This document shows positions 51,562-63,904 of a DNA stretch of 64,000 bases, piece by piece. The position numbers and the translations under genes are program-made. The stretch covers positions 22,384,001 through 22,448,000 of the forward strand of contig NC_087252.1 of NCBI RefSeq assembly GCF_037042905.1, written 5' to 3'. This DNA is from Lytechinus pictus. Its lineage: Eukaryota. The notes beneath the pieces were generated by a model. The model did no database searches. It saw nothing but the letters and a program-made list of their open reading frames with translations, and was not told the origin of the DNA. Each line of letters opens with the position of its first letter. Position 1 is the first letter of the stretch.

Positions 51562-51814
51562 ATGTAAATAATTTAATTCTGCCATTGCCATTCATGTGGA
51601 TTATTTACAAAAAAGAGAAACGTGTTTTAGTGTCACTGATATTTGTCATTCCACTTATACACGAAAATAAATAATTATAATTTTTGTTCTGTATTTGATA
51701 ACTGTGATATCATTTGGTGTCTACACCAAATGATATCACAGTTATCAAATACAGAACAAAAATTATAATTATTTATTTTCGTGTATGGCAATGGCAGAAT
51801 TAAATTATTTACAT
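51562..51814. repeat. Foldback inverted duplication (64-bp perfect arms plus a 30-bp outer arm)
   Basis: 51657-51720 pairs with 51723-51786 (2-bp spacer); 51562-51591 pairs with 51785-51814. Confidence 0.9.
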
Positions 51815-52567
51815 GAGGTTTAATGCATATATGTCTAAATGGACTGAAAATTATACAGCTGGATAGTTGGGACTTTTTGATAATAATTATGTAGGCCTAA
51901 TCACTATAGTTCATATAATAAAAAAATATGATCAAAGAGTCACGATGAGAGTCTTCCACGAAGAAATAAAAATTACTGAGGGAGAGAGCGCGAAATATCC
52001 TCAATTGTACCATTTGAGGGGGGGACAGGGGACGCGTCCCCCTACCCAAAATAGTAGGGGGACACATTATCAAATGTCGACCCCCTTCTATTTTTGGTCT
52101 CTTATGATGGAAAGAAATACGTCATTAAAATCGAAAAAATAAAACATGTATTTTGGACGAGATGACCTTACTCTTTGGTTGATAACCTTTTTTTCTTTCT
52201 TTTTGCTTGTCAAATTTATTTGGTCCAAATTACCTTACATTTTGGGTGATAATCTCTTTTTTCTTTTTTTTTTTGCTTGTCAGATTTTCAGCCCCTGGTC
52301 CACCTACCTTTGGGGATAGATTTCCGCTCTTGTCATTAAGGACAAACGAATCAAAATATATACAAAATCGACGAAGATAAAAGGTTACTTTTTGTAACAT
52401 TGGAATTTGAGCCGAAACTTCGATATTATTTTCATTACTGAACCTTTATCCAACAAAAGCAATTTGACTATATTCATGATTTCAAACGACCACGATGAAA
52501 AAATGCAGTTCGTTTATTGCGTTTTGTAATTCATTTATATTCATGTTTCCTCTTTGTTACCAGCAAG

Positions 52568-52616
52568 ATGTTTTCGTGTTTGGCTCTTGTTACTTTCATC
52601 GCCCTGCTTCACTCAA
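52568..52616 (+). CDS. Ly6/uPAR-like gene, signal-peptide exon
   Basis: ttaccag|caagATG...TCAA|gtaagt; a phase 1 intron after the signal peptide is typical of LU genes. Confidence 0.7.
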
Positions 52617-54019
52617 GTAAGTATAGGCTTTAGATTCAAATGTAGTGTGTATAATTATATGCTTTTATTATTTTTTTTCGAGTTTGTTCCATTGGTCTCC
52701 TTCAAACGATACATTTTGCAGTAACGGGGAGAAATAATTAATCAGGCCAAAGAAAGTTTCACACTTGTCTTCAACAATGATAATCGCATGGATTTTAATA
52801 CTGTATATTATATTTCCGGCTTGGTCCCAGTAAATAAGATCGCATACTCGATCTTTTTTTTCTGACTTCTAAATCAGATTGAGTAAGCAATCTTCTTTTC
52901 TAGGTGCAAGCCATAAATTACATCAATTTGGAACTCTTGTCAAGAATATACTCGGCTGATAGTCAAGCCGTGAAAATGTATAAACTTCGCATTGCTATGT
53001 TTTGTAGGTTATTTCATTTAGTATAATGCCATTCGGTCTAATAACCAGTTGGTCCAATAGCCATTTATTCCATATACCATTAATTTTAGTCTAATTGGAC
53101 TAAAGTGTTAATTGTGCAAAATGAATGAAAATGAAATGGATATTAGACAAACTGGTAATGAGACGAAATGGTGATTAGACGAAGTGATGATTGGGCCAAA
53201 TGATTATTGGACCAAATGGTTATCAGTCGAAATGTTGACGGACGGAATGCAAGGTATTAGACTAAATGAAGGTAGACCATGTGAGGACGAGTTGCCAGTA
53301 GACGATTTGGCAATTTACCATAATAATCATAGTAATGATAATCGTTTTCTTCTAGAGGATACGAAGCGCAACTGTTACTTCGGTTTTATATCTCGATCTG
53401 CCGCTTCATCAGCATGCAGGACTAACTTTATAACCTAAGAAAATATTCCTGCCTCTCACCTGGATTAATTTCTTGCTGAAGGAGAACACCCCATAGCAGG
53501 CTAGGGATTCAAACCCATGGACCTATAATTTGTTTGAAAGACAATGGCCCGTATTCTGAAGTCAGGTTTAACTTTATAGACCACGGTCTAACTCTGTACT
53601 AAAATTATGGGGAGCCAAATATTCAAAGTTCCTGTTTATATTGTATATTTCTTATGCGTACTATTTTGTTTCATTTTGCTTTCATAATGAAGAAAAATAA
53701 ATAAATTCACAGACAATTTGACTGCCAAATGGGTTAATAAATCGGATGCGTACTGTTAGGAATTTGTGCTCTAATTAGCTTCCATAGTTAAACAACAACT
53801 TTAAACCAGGGTTTAATTTAAACCCGAGTTCAGAATAAGAACCAATACACCAAGACGCACCCAACAAAAGTGAGATTTGTATTCCTATTTTGGGGATAGT
53901 GAATTAGTGGGGATGATTATTGGCTAGCCTACCCATTGTTGGCTATATACCCTACTCATAGCCAAATTTTATAAACGCCGTGGTCATAGTGAATAGAAGT
54001 GAATAGAATAGTCATAGAA

Positions 54020-54160
54020 GACTCCCAAGACACGTGTAGCATATGGTACGCGAGCTTTCTCTGCCTCAGCACCTTCTGTCTGGAATAATTTACCGTTATA
54101 TTTAAGAATGATACCATCACTGGAGACCTTCAAATCTAAACTGAAGTCTTATCTTTTCTA
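54020..54160 (+). mobile_element. L2/CR1 LINE 3' coding remnant
   Basis: Translates to YGTRAFSASAPSVWNNLPLYLRMIPSLETFKSKLKSYLF, the typical L2/CR1 ORF2 terminus. Confidence 0.8.
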
Positions 54161-54852
54161 ACAGTATTAGTTATTGGCACTTTTGATTGAATTGATTGAA
54201 AATCACATTTATTTCCTTCAAACAGATACAAAATAATATTTGACATAGTAACGAATACAGTATATATTTCGACACAATTTTGAAGGAGCCGAAAACCCGG
54301 AAAGCAGAGCTTGAGTTGGGGTCGCCAGATACAAATAAATAACAAGTTACGTACTGTAATGACATCATATGTAATTGCATATAAATAAGAAAGTTAAGAG
54401 TAGAAAAAGAAACACAGATGGAGAAGCTAGAGGGAGAATAAATGTAGGCATTAGAAGATAAGTTCATTTGAATAACAGAGTAAACTGGTCGCAATTACGT
54501 AATATTGGTACATGTATATATAAAGAGCTTGAGTGACATTTGTCGCAGAGCAACAGGTAAGGCATGTGCATTAATTAACATTAGAAATGGAAGGTAGTTC
54601 AAGCATGTCAACATGTCAATGATCTCTGTCAGTGCGAGCATTTAAATTTTGACTTTGACACTCATCCAAACTTTCTTTCTTTTCTTGTGCGCCTCGGAAT
54701 AGAATATTTCTAGATAGATGGCGCTATATAAATGCCTATTATAATTATTATCATTATAGGAGTTATGACCCTCGATCGTCTTTCAATCTGAGGAACGTGG
54801 GTTCGACTCCCAGCCATGGCCGTGTTTTCCTTCAGCAAGAAATAATACAGGT

Positions 54853-55345
54853 GGGGACGTCGTGGTATAGTGGTTATGACTCTCGTCTTGCAATCTGAGG
54901 GGACGTGCACTGTAAAAACTGTGGTGTTAAAACTGACACCAGTGGGTGTTAATAGAGGACCACACCCTCTGGTGTTAAAATTACACCCTAGAGATTGAAT
55001 ATAACACCAAGGAGTGTACATGTAACAACCAAATGTGTTGCAATAACGCATATAGGTGCTAAACTAACACTGTCAATTTAACACCGGTGTAAAATCACTG
55101 GTGTGGTCCTCTATGTACACCGGTTAACACCGCAGTTTTTGCTGTGTGGGTTCGATTCCCAGCCAAGGCGTGATGTCCTTACGCAAGAAATTCACTAACA
55201 GATTGCTGCACTCAACCCAAGTGAGGTGATCGGTTACCAGGTACGTGTGATGCTTGAGGGCCTGAAAGCCCCTAGCACTGCCATTGTAGGCGCCTAGCTT
55301 GAGCATTCCTCGGAGTGGATATGCGCATTTAGAAATGTGTTCAAT
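54853..55345 (+). mobile_element. tRNA-derived SINE interrupted by a CACT-type MITE (54908-55146)
   Basis: SINE head gagggacgTG|...|TGggttcgattcc split by cactgtaaaaac...gtttttgctgtg with a 2-bp TG duplication. Confidence 0.75.
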
Positions 55346-55351
55346 ATTCCA

Positions 55352-55603
55352 TTTTTTTTTTATTGTTCGAAATAGACATGAAATGAAATACTCCGAAAAC
55401 TTACTTTGCCCAATTGATCGTTGGCCCGGCAGCCGCGGTTTAGCGCCAGATTGACGAGGCTCTATCCCTTTAATCGTTGAACGCCAAACAGGGTAGCAGC
55501 AACTCCCATCTTTCAACGTCTTTTGGTCTGACGCGGCCGGGTTTTGAACCCCCGACCTCACCGGTTGTGAGACGGACGCTTTACCAACTGAGCCAACACA
55601 CCT
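55352..55603 (-). mobile_element. tRNA-derived SINE of a second family
   Basis: Minus strand: tggctcagttgg A-box, ggttcaaaacc B-box, then gtcagaccaaaagacgttgaaagatgggagttgctgctaccctg core. Confidence 0.8.
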
Positions 55604-55927
55604 GTAATAGTATCAGTTTGCCTTTTATTTGAGTTTCTCTTGTAGGATTACTGCCTTGATAAAAACTTGAGGCTTTTTTTTTGCAGTATTCCTCAATTCC
55701 ACCCGTTTCCTGAAATCTCTGTATCATTTCATGTACTGCATGCATGTTTACATGATGTATATCTATATGCCTAATGTCTTTCTTTTGCATTGCCAATCTG
55801 TTATTATTCACATGCATTTCTCTGTACGTTTCTTTAATTCTTTTCATCGGAAGTGAAAATAAATGAATTGAATTGGAATTAGCAAAAACACACTTACCAT
55901 TTGATCATTTTATTTTATGTTACAAAG

Positions 55928-56129
55928 GCTCGGCGATAAAATGCTACTCGTGTTTGAGCTTAATTACAGGAGGTCAATTGCAAATAAAGAACCGAATCTT
56001 TGAATACCCGGCCCTGTGTACAAGATCACGGCCGAAGCGTGGACCCAAGCATGCTAAGCATTGACTGTGCGAATCAAACATTGGGCTGTAGAAAATTTAG
56101 AGGTTACATTGACTTCAATAACAACGGAG
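55928..56129 (+). CDS. Ly6/uPAR-like exon 2 (SSAIKCYSCL... / ...PCVQDHGRSVDPSMLSIDCANQTLGCRKFRGYIDFNNNG), frameshifted
   Basis: caaag| acceptor, G|gtaagt donor; the N- and C-terminal halves are in different frames. Confidence 0.7.
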
Positions 56130-56448
56130 GTAAGTTATTCACAGCAACTTTGACCTTGACAATGGTGTGAGGGTGGGGGGGGGGGCTAACAGGTCAAAGC
56201 AATAACGGCAGGCCGGGTCACAGCATGTATTGATACAAATGCAGGGAAGCTATATCCTTCCATCATCGGCATATATAAGATGAATAATGGGATATTCGAT
56301 GCATTTACAATACTAGTATTAATTATGTAAAATAGAAATAACAGAGGCCCTAACAAGGACCCTTGTGAAACATCCACTTACAGTTTTCTTAGCTTCTGAC
56401 AATTCAGCACGTATAATATTTTTATTGTAAAAACTCTCCTTTAAATAG

Positions 56449-56641
56449 ATGCAACGGAAGAAACTACCTACCATATACTGTATCTTGGATGTGGTGAATA
56501 TCCAATGGACCATTGTTTGTCTCCGACCCCGACGGGGATAGTGGAACTTCTACAAGCTTTACCACCTGTAAAGGAAGCCTTGGATGAAAGCGTTGGTCAC
56601 AATGTTACTTCTGATCACGTAGATAAAGGTGTATTGTGCAG
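56449..56641 (+). CDS. Ly6/uPAR-like exon 3 (DATEETTYHILYLGCGEYPMDHCLSP...DKGVLC)
   Basis: ctctcctttaaatag| acceptor, AG|gtaaat donor, open frame with matching phases. Confidence 0.75.
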
Positions 56642-57180
56642 GTAAATCATGAAATATGGTGTTTTTTTTTTTTCAAAATAGATCCTCCTACAAATTTCTT
56701 AACGAAAGATATTTTGGTTTGGCTTGGAACAAAACTCACATACCCTAGCTAGTACCGGCCGTTTCATCAACAAATTTTGTGGCGTACAGATGGGGCTTGG
56801 GGCTCTTGCATCCAAAAATTTTCACGACCAAGAAAAAAAAAAGAAAGGGAAATGAAAGAAAAGAGAGAAGGGTGAAATATGATACCATTCTCTAAATAAT
56901 ATGTCAAAATCTATCACAAAATTTGATTATTTTTGGGGTAATAATAGTATCAAATTTTTATTCACTCGTTTCGCTCGCTGGCAATTTTTTGATAAATTTC
57001 GTCCTATATGCGCCATATCTGGCCCACTCAATGTTTTTTACTCTTTAAGCCACTTGACAAATTATGAGATCTGACAACTTATCTTGGTTTTGATTGGGCG
57101 GGAAGCACGGTTACTGTATGGCAACAATCGGAATACCTAGAGAAGAATGCCTCATTGTTTGTTTTATTTCATCACACTTT

Positions 57181-57450
57181 GGGCCTTTTCACACGTGAAT
57201 CTTGAATCATTGTAATGATGATTACAATTCGTCTTGAGAATTATCGGACCTTTCACACACTCACTCAAAAAATGTGATTTGAGTGAGGAATTCACCCCGG
57301 GAATAGAGTTTGAATTCGTGATTGTGATTAGCGTTCGTGATTCTAATCATGTTCTGGTTTGGTGTCACACGTGCTAGAAATTCGTCATTAGCCTCATTTT
57401 TCACTGGAATCATCATTCAAATTACGATTTTTACCGTGTGAAAAGGCGGT
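57181..57450 (+). mobile_element. MITE (gggccttttcaca...tgtgaaaaggc); a shorter copy lies at 58553-58745
   Basis: Two near-identical copies; the second lacks an internal segment of about 80 bp. Confidence 0.75.
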
Positions 57451-57519
57451 GAATAACTTGTATTACATAGTTATCGGATATCTCAAAAGATATGAATTGA
57501 AAAAAAAACAAGTGTTTCT

Positions 57520-57861
57520 GTCAAGCGCAAATGGGGAGTTCTCGCATTTACAACGGAGACACTTTCTACAACGCATCGATTCCTTTGAAAATGCAATTGA
57601 AATCACAATCAGGCGTTTATTGTCGAAAGTTGGTGGACTGGGATAGCAGATCATCCTAAGGTTTGCACCGGAAGAAGAATGGCAAATATGTCGTTGTCCA
57701 GAGTCAAGAGATTCCTTTCCGATGCTGTCCATGTCCACCAACTTTCGACAAAAGCCTCTCGGCTCTCCATTGTGATTTGACGTGCATTTTTTTGAAGAAA
57801 ATTGGTGCGTTGTCGAGAGTGTCTCCGTAGTAAATGCGAAAACTCCCCGTTTGCACTTGAC
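57520..57861. mobile_element. Foldback MITE
   Basis: gtcaagcgcaaatggggagttctcgcatttac... / ...gtaaatgcgaaaactccccgtttgcacttgac inverted arms of about 120 bp. Confidence 0.75.
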
Positions 57862-58416
57862 CAATACACTTTATATTCAATGTGATGAAATAAAACAAAG
57901 AGGCATCAATGCAGAATATCATCTAAGGTCCAAGAACTTAGGATTATATTATTTTTTTTCTCTTTTTTGTATACAATACATCTGTAGTTGTTTTCAAAGT
58001 CAGCACTGCTGGTATTATGCCTATTGAATTGAGTAATTTAGGCCAGACTGTCGGAGGTGTTCCATGTTTTACATAAAAGTTCTAATACTATGTAAATTAC
58101 CAGTGGATATGTTTGAATATCAAGAAAAAAAAATCAAGATATTGAACTCAAGATTAAAAATAATGCATTAGAAGTATCAGAATAGTTTATCAGCAATTTC
58201 CTTGTATGATTTGCAGCAGTAATTATTGCTATTATTTTTTCTTTATTTTTGTAACTTCATCAAAGTATCAGTTCGTTTGCTATTTATATTCATTTGTATT
58301 GTTCACATGTGTTTTTTTTTTCATTTAGCCTTTGGCTACGACACACTCTTTTTTCTTCAGAAACTATTAAAAAAATGAATTAAAAAGCCGGATGTTCTTT
58401 TTTTCATTTAAACCAG

Positions 58417-58552
58417 ACACGGATGTTACACCGATAATTGCAATGGCGCCAATTTCATCCAGATGAGCCACGCGCTGGTAGTACTTTCACTCTCCTCGAT
58501 CCTCTGGAATATGTTTTGGAAGCACAGGGGACAGCATTTCGTGGAAATCTAA
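58417..58552 (+). CDS. Ly6/uPAR-like final exon (HGCYTDNCNGANFIQMSHALVVLSLSSILWNMFWKHRGQHFVEI*)
   Basis: tttaaaccag| acceptor, CxxDxCN terminal LU motif, small residues followed by a hydrophobic stretch. Confidence 0.78.
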
Positions 58553-58989
58553 GGGCCTTTTCACAAGTGAATCTTGAATCATTGTAATGATGATTGCTAT
58601 TGTAATCGTGACTGTGATTAGCGTTCGTGATTCTAATCATGTTCTAGTTTGGTTTCACACGTGCTAAATAATCGTCATTAGCTTTATTTTTCACTGGAAT
58701 CATCATTCAAATTACGATTATTTTTTTACCGTGTGAAAGGGCGGTATATCGAACGGAATTCGTGTTTCCTCTTCTTCTTTATTGCCGTACTTTTTGTTGT
58801 TGTGTTATTTTCCACTCTACTAACATTACTACTCCATCTTCATTTTATTCTTCTCATTCCTCCCGTATTATTCTTCTCACTCATCCCCTTCATATCCTTT
58901 TTTTCTTAAAAATAATTCTTCTGCTTACTATCGTCTTTCTCCTTCTCCGTTTTCTTCTTGTATCTCTGCTGGAATGAATGCATTGTCGC

Positions 58990-60170
58990 ACAAGTGTTCG
59001 CAGTGTGTACACAGTTTGTTCGCATTATGTTCACAATGTGTTCACAGGGTGTTCACAAGGTGTTCACAGTGTGTTCTCAGTGTGTTCTCAGTGTGTTCAC
59101 TGTGTGTTCTCAGTGTGTTCACAGTGCGTTCACAGTGTGTTCACAATGGATTCAGAATGTGTTCACAGAATCTTTAAGTTTACAGAATCTTTAACTATGT
59201 GCTCACAATATGTTCACAGTGTGTCTCAGTGTGTTCACATTGTTTTCACAGTGTCATAAGTATGTGCTCGCAATATGTTCACAGTGTGTTCAGAGTGTGT
59301 ACAGAGTGTGCTCACAATGTGTTCTTAGTGTGTTCACAGTGCGTTAACAGTGTATTCAGTGTGTTCACAGTGTGTTCACAATGTGTTCACAATGTATTCA
59401 CAATGTGTTCACCTAATTTTTAAGTGGCATAACTATGTGATTACAAAATGTTCTCAGTGTGTTCACAAAGTGTTCACAGTGTGTTCGCAGCGTGTTCACA
59501 GTGTGTTCTCAGTGAGTTCACAGTGTGTTCACAGTGTGTTCACGGTGTGTTCAGAGTGTGTTCACACTGTGCTTACAATGTGTTCACAGTGTGTTCACAG
59601 TGTCATAAGTATGTGCTCACAATATGTTCACAGTGTGTTCAGAGTGTGCTCACAATGTGTTCTTAGTATGTTCACAGTGTGTTTAGAGTGCGTTCACAGT
59701 GTATTCAGTGTGTTCACAGTGTGCTCACAATGTGTTTACAATGTATTCACAATGTGGTGTTCACGGTGTGTTCAGAGTGTGTTCACAGTGTGTTCACGGT
59801 TTGTTCAGAGTGTGTTCACACTGTGCTTACAATGTGTTCACTATGTCTTCACATTGTGTTCACATTATGTTCACAGTGTTTTCTTAGTGTGTTCACAGTG
59901 TGTTCACGGTTTGTTCAGAGTGTGTTCACATTGTGTTCACAGTGTGCCTACAATGTGTTCTCTGTGTGTTTACATTGTGTTTTCACAATGTGTTCACAGT
60001 GTTTTCACAGTATCACAACTATGTGATCACAATATGTTCACAGTGTGCTCACAATGTGTTCACAGTGTTTTACAGTGTCATAACTATGTACTCAAAATAT
60101 GTTCACAGTGCGTTCACAATGTGTTGACTGTGTGTTCACAATGTGTTTGCTCTGTGTTCACAGTGTGTTC
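58990..60170 (+). repeat. 11-bp minisatellite (cacagtgtgtt)n
   Basis: Roughly a hundred degenerate units; source of the spurious CSQCVHSVFTV ORFs. Confidence 0.95.
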
Positions 60171-61244
60171 TCGTGGACTATGTGAAGATACGATTCACAC
60201 TATTTAAATGCTCTCAATAGCAGTGTGAATATATTTCCACACTGTAATACCTGTGGAAACCTCGACAGTGTGACAGTTCACATGGTCGACGATGAGCAAA
60301 ATGTGATCCATGCTGTTAAAAATGATAAAATTCAACAGTGTGAAGGTGATTTCATTTTGTGTTCCACACTGTGAGCACACTGTGGAACACATTGTTGACT
60401 TCGTGATCTTTCCAGTAGGTATACATTTTTATGATCACGATCTTCGTGCTTTTTTTTTTTTAATATTCTGTTCATCCCTCACCTCTATCTCCTACTCCAA
60501 TGTCCCCTTTTCCTCCTCATTCTCCTTTCTCTCATTCCAGTTAGGCTGTAGTAATCATTTATAAGAATATGATTATATTAAAAAACCCGGAAAATTCATT
60601 TACCGTTAGATTACATTGTTGCATTGATATTTTTGCATGTTATAAAATATTTTGACCATATCATATATATATAAACAATTTAATACAATCGTTTTTAATA
60701 TACCATAGTGTACAGTAGGGCATATGCTTATATTTATTGTTATCATATTGTTAATATTAAATCGCTCGAGGCGTGATCTTCTATATATAGCATCGCTCGT
60801 AACTGTGATTTTTTTTTCATTTGGTAAATTGCTTGATTGTCTTCTCATCGCGTAAACTTTGAAGACTTCGAAAATAAATCTTTGCACTTAGCATGATTAT
60901 CTCCATATTGCCTGTGATATCAAGCAATATGGAGATAATGCTAGTTACTATTATTATTAATATGATTATCATTATTACTATTCTGATTATTATTAGTATG
61001 ATCCATTATGATATCGATGATTATTACTATTATTTTGTTATTATTATCATTTTTGTATTAGTAAAAACATTGCATTGTTTTGTCATTAAAGTAATCGATA
61101 ACAGCGTTGTCTATGTTATCATACGTTGTGCACCATCAAGGTCAATATCATTATCTGTGACTTTACAGGAGAGGTGTCACGCATTGGAAAGCAATGATCA
61201 ATCAACTCTTGCTTCATAAATGGCATTACAGTCGTCTAGTTCTC

Positions 61245-61505
61245 CTGGGCCTCGTCTTACAAAGAGTTACGATTGATCAAATCAATATTAACTGTATGAA
61301 ATCCATCCATACTTAGTAAATAAATCCTTAGTAAACAAAGACAATCACACCGAATCTTCAAGAAAATGATGAATGTACGAATAAGCATCATATTATCTAG
61401 AAAATATTTAGTGAACAAATTCACATTTTAGATGTTGACGTTGCTGGCCGTCCATATGGTGGTGATTGATCGGATCCATCGCAACTCTTTGTAAGACGCG
61501 GCCCC
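61245..61505 (+). mobile_element. MITE, same family as 11867-12143
   Basis: gggcctcgtcttacaaagagttacgattgatc ... atcgcaactctttgtaagacgcggcccc. Confidence 0.75.
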
Positions 61506-63119
61506 ATAATCCTATAAAATGGAATAAAGATGAAAGTTTTCTCTTATCAAAGACTCATTCCATCCCTCTTCATGCAAATTTGTTTGTATGAATATTTAAA
61601 AGAGATAAAACAAGCATGACGCTGAAATTGTTAATATTAGAGTTGGATGTCAAATAAGAGAATTACGGTACATTGAAAATCACAGCACATTGGATATGCA
61701 AATGAGGGAAGAGATGACGTCATCTACAGACTATTTATTTTGTACATGACAGGTGTCAATGTTTCCTCGTGCACAGTGTAGTGTAATCTCTCCTTGAATG
61801 TGTGGTATTGCCGCGTATTCTATGCTTTTCTGACTCAAGACCTTCCTTACTATATCACATCTAACAGGAAAAAAAAAGAAGTTGAAATACTCTAGATATA
61901 TTCAAAATGATAATAAAACAGTGAGTGTGTGACATCATCGGCTAGCTCTTTGGCATATCACCCGCGAATGTCATCCGAACCGTCGTATTGCAATACCCCC
62001 TACTTGTCTTCTTTCACACCCACACACACTTTAAAAGGCTAGAGCCCCGTTTCATTGAAAAAAATAATTACAACAACAAATGTAAAATGCTATAGCAAGT
62101 TTACTATCAGCCAATCGAATCGAATGATTTCATAAACTTTAAAACGATATCATAATATGTTTTATGGAATGATCCGCCCCTGGTTCCACCACTCAGGGGC
62201 GGATTCAGGATTTTTTTCAAATGGGGGAACATTTTCCCAATGAAAATTTGACAAGCAAAAAAAAAACCCACGGCATATTTACATTATAAAGTTTTATTAT
62301 GGCTCTCAAAGGGAGGGGAGGGGGCACTGGCCGGATGCCCCCCCCCCTGGATCCGTCACTACTGCCACTGTCATAATATATTTTGTATATAGGCCTTTCA
62401 CCTACCTTGGAGATAAAGGTAAATGGGGTGCAATTCAAATGAAAATTTGAGATGGTTCAACTTGAAGGAAAACAGTTGTATGACAACCATACTGATTATT
62501 TACCTATACATGTATAATCCCGCGACACACACAAGGTAGGCCTATACATGAAATGGACAATCGACAATGAAACTGCCTTCCGGGGATGACGTTTTGTTAG
62601 TGATTTTTACAGACTGATTTGCCCTTTGCCAATCAGAGACCTGTTGCATAAAACTTTTACCATAAAAAACTCTGACAATAAGATTTGCCAGAGTTTTTCT
62701 TTTATGCAAAGGAAAGTAAAATATTACATCATTTTATCAATATCACGCCAAAATCTATCACAAAATTTGACTTTAATTGAAAGGGTCAACATTTTTGCTC
62801 GCTCGCAGCTTTTCAGAAATATTTTACCATACGTCATAGGGTACCCTCATTTTGGAGCTCATTACTCTACTGGTCAAAGTAACTAAGAAAATATCTTCAT
62901 GGAATGGTCTCCTAACTATGCTTCCTAAATATCACGAAGCTACATGTAGCATCAATGAAGTTTCAAAGCGATTTATTCATTTCATGCCGATCCGTGCCAT
63001 TTGGTACACTTTTGGACATCTCACTATGCCTTAATTGCATTCGAGAAGTTCCACAACTAGTGTTTAAAGAGAGGTTTTTGTGCCTTGGGTATAGATGCTC
63101 AAATCAAATGGGGTTTCTC

Positions 63120-63765
63120 TTAAAGTAGACGGTTGTTGTACATTTTTTCATAGAACGGCAATGCTTCGTTGGCCAACTGAACGACATCAGAGGTTACTGT
63201 ATCAAGCGACGGAAGGTCTTGAGGTTTAGAGAATCCCGTGCTTGAGATCACATTTGTTAGGTAACTCGTGTCCTGACTGATTTCAAAAGGCCACTTCCAG
63301 GATTGAATTACACCTAGAGATGGTTCCCATTTCAGCATTTGTGTTGTATACGGGAGTCCCACAGCCTTGCAGTACTTAGGCATCATCACGTCAGGGTTCT
63401 CCAGTAACTCCGAAGCATCAATGATAGGTGGTGCAGGATCGATGTTTTCTTTGATGTACAACCAGACGTCGTGTAGACTGCTGAAGAATTGGGAGGGGTC
63501 TCCCAGCAGCTCCTTGTGTCTTCGTAGATCGAACTCATCCTCGTTGGTTTCGTCTGCATGAAGTAGACTAACGTTTCTCAGTTGGTTGTAGTTGGCTTTA
63601 TGCAGAGATGAGTACACCAAGAGTGGATGGCGGATCAGAAAAGAGTGCCGATAACCTTTTGGAATAAATTCTCTCAGATCCCTTGATTGCATCGCTAGAC
63701 CAATGTCTTTCACGAATACGTTCTCTGCAGTGCAAGTCTCCAGCACCATTCTTATACTCTCATAT
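63120..63765 (-). CDS. Last coding exon of a sulfotransferase-like P-loop protein (family often annotated 'branched-chain amino acid aminotransferase-like'); 5' exon(s) lie beyond the window
   Basis: tccttctgcag| acceptor; motifs VFVKD, HSFLIRHPLLVYSS, PPIIDASELLENP, YCKAVGLPYTTQMLKW, VISSTGF and ALPFYEKMY. Confidence 0.8.
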
Positions 63766-63904
63766 CTGCAGAAGGACAGAAAATAATACATTGATTTTCT
63801 TTTGATCTGTGGGTGTGTGTGCGCGCGCGCGTGTGTGTGGGTGTGTGTGTCAGGGGATGGTGAGTTGATATTTCAAAGACGAAACAATCAGATCGGGTCT
63901 ATAA

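Larger units (their letters stand above)
52568..58552 (+). pseudogene. Ly6/uPAR (three-finger) secreted or GPI-anchored protein gene, 4 coding exons, one +1 frameshift in exon 2 (pseudogene, null allele or assembly error)
   Basis: join(52568-52616,55928-56129,56449-56641,58417-58552): signal peptide MFSCLALVTFIALLHS|SSA, then IKCYSC, 10 Cys in total after frame correction, terminal C-RHG-CYTDNCN-GA and a hydrophobic tail. All introns are GT-AG. Exon 2 is 202 nt where a multiple of 3 is required. Confidence 0.78.

Noticed and set aside
56310..56380. VSQGSLLGPLLFLFYI on the minus strand
   Set aside because: Tiny degraded LINE RT motif (QGSxLGPLLF) within an intron, not a host gene.
58958..60207. 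Cys/His-rich 285-aa ORF resembling a metal-binding repeat protein
   Set aside because: Translation of an 11-bp minisatellite; all frames give the same peptide pattern.
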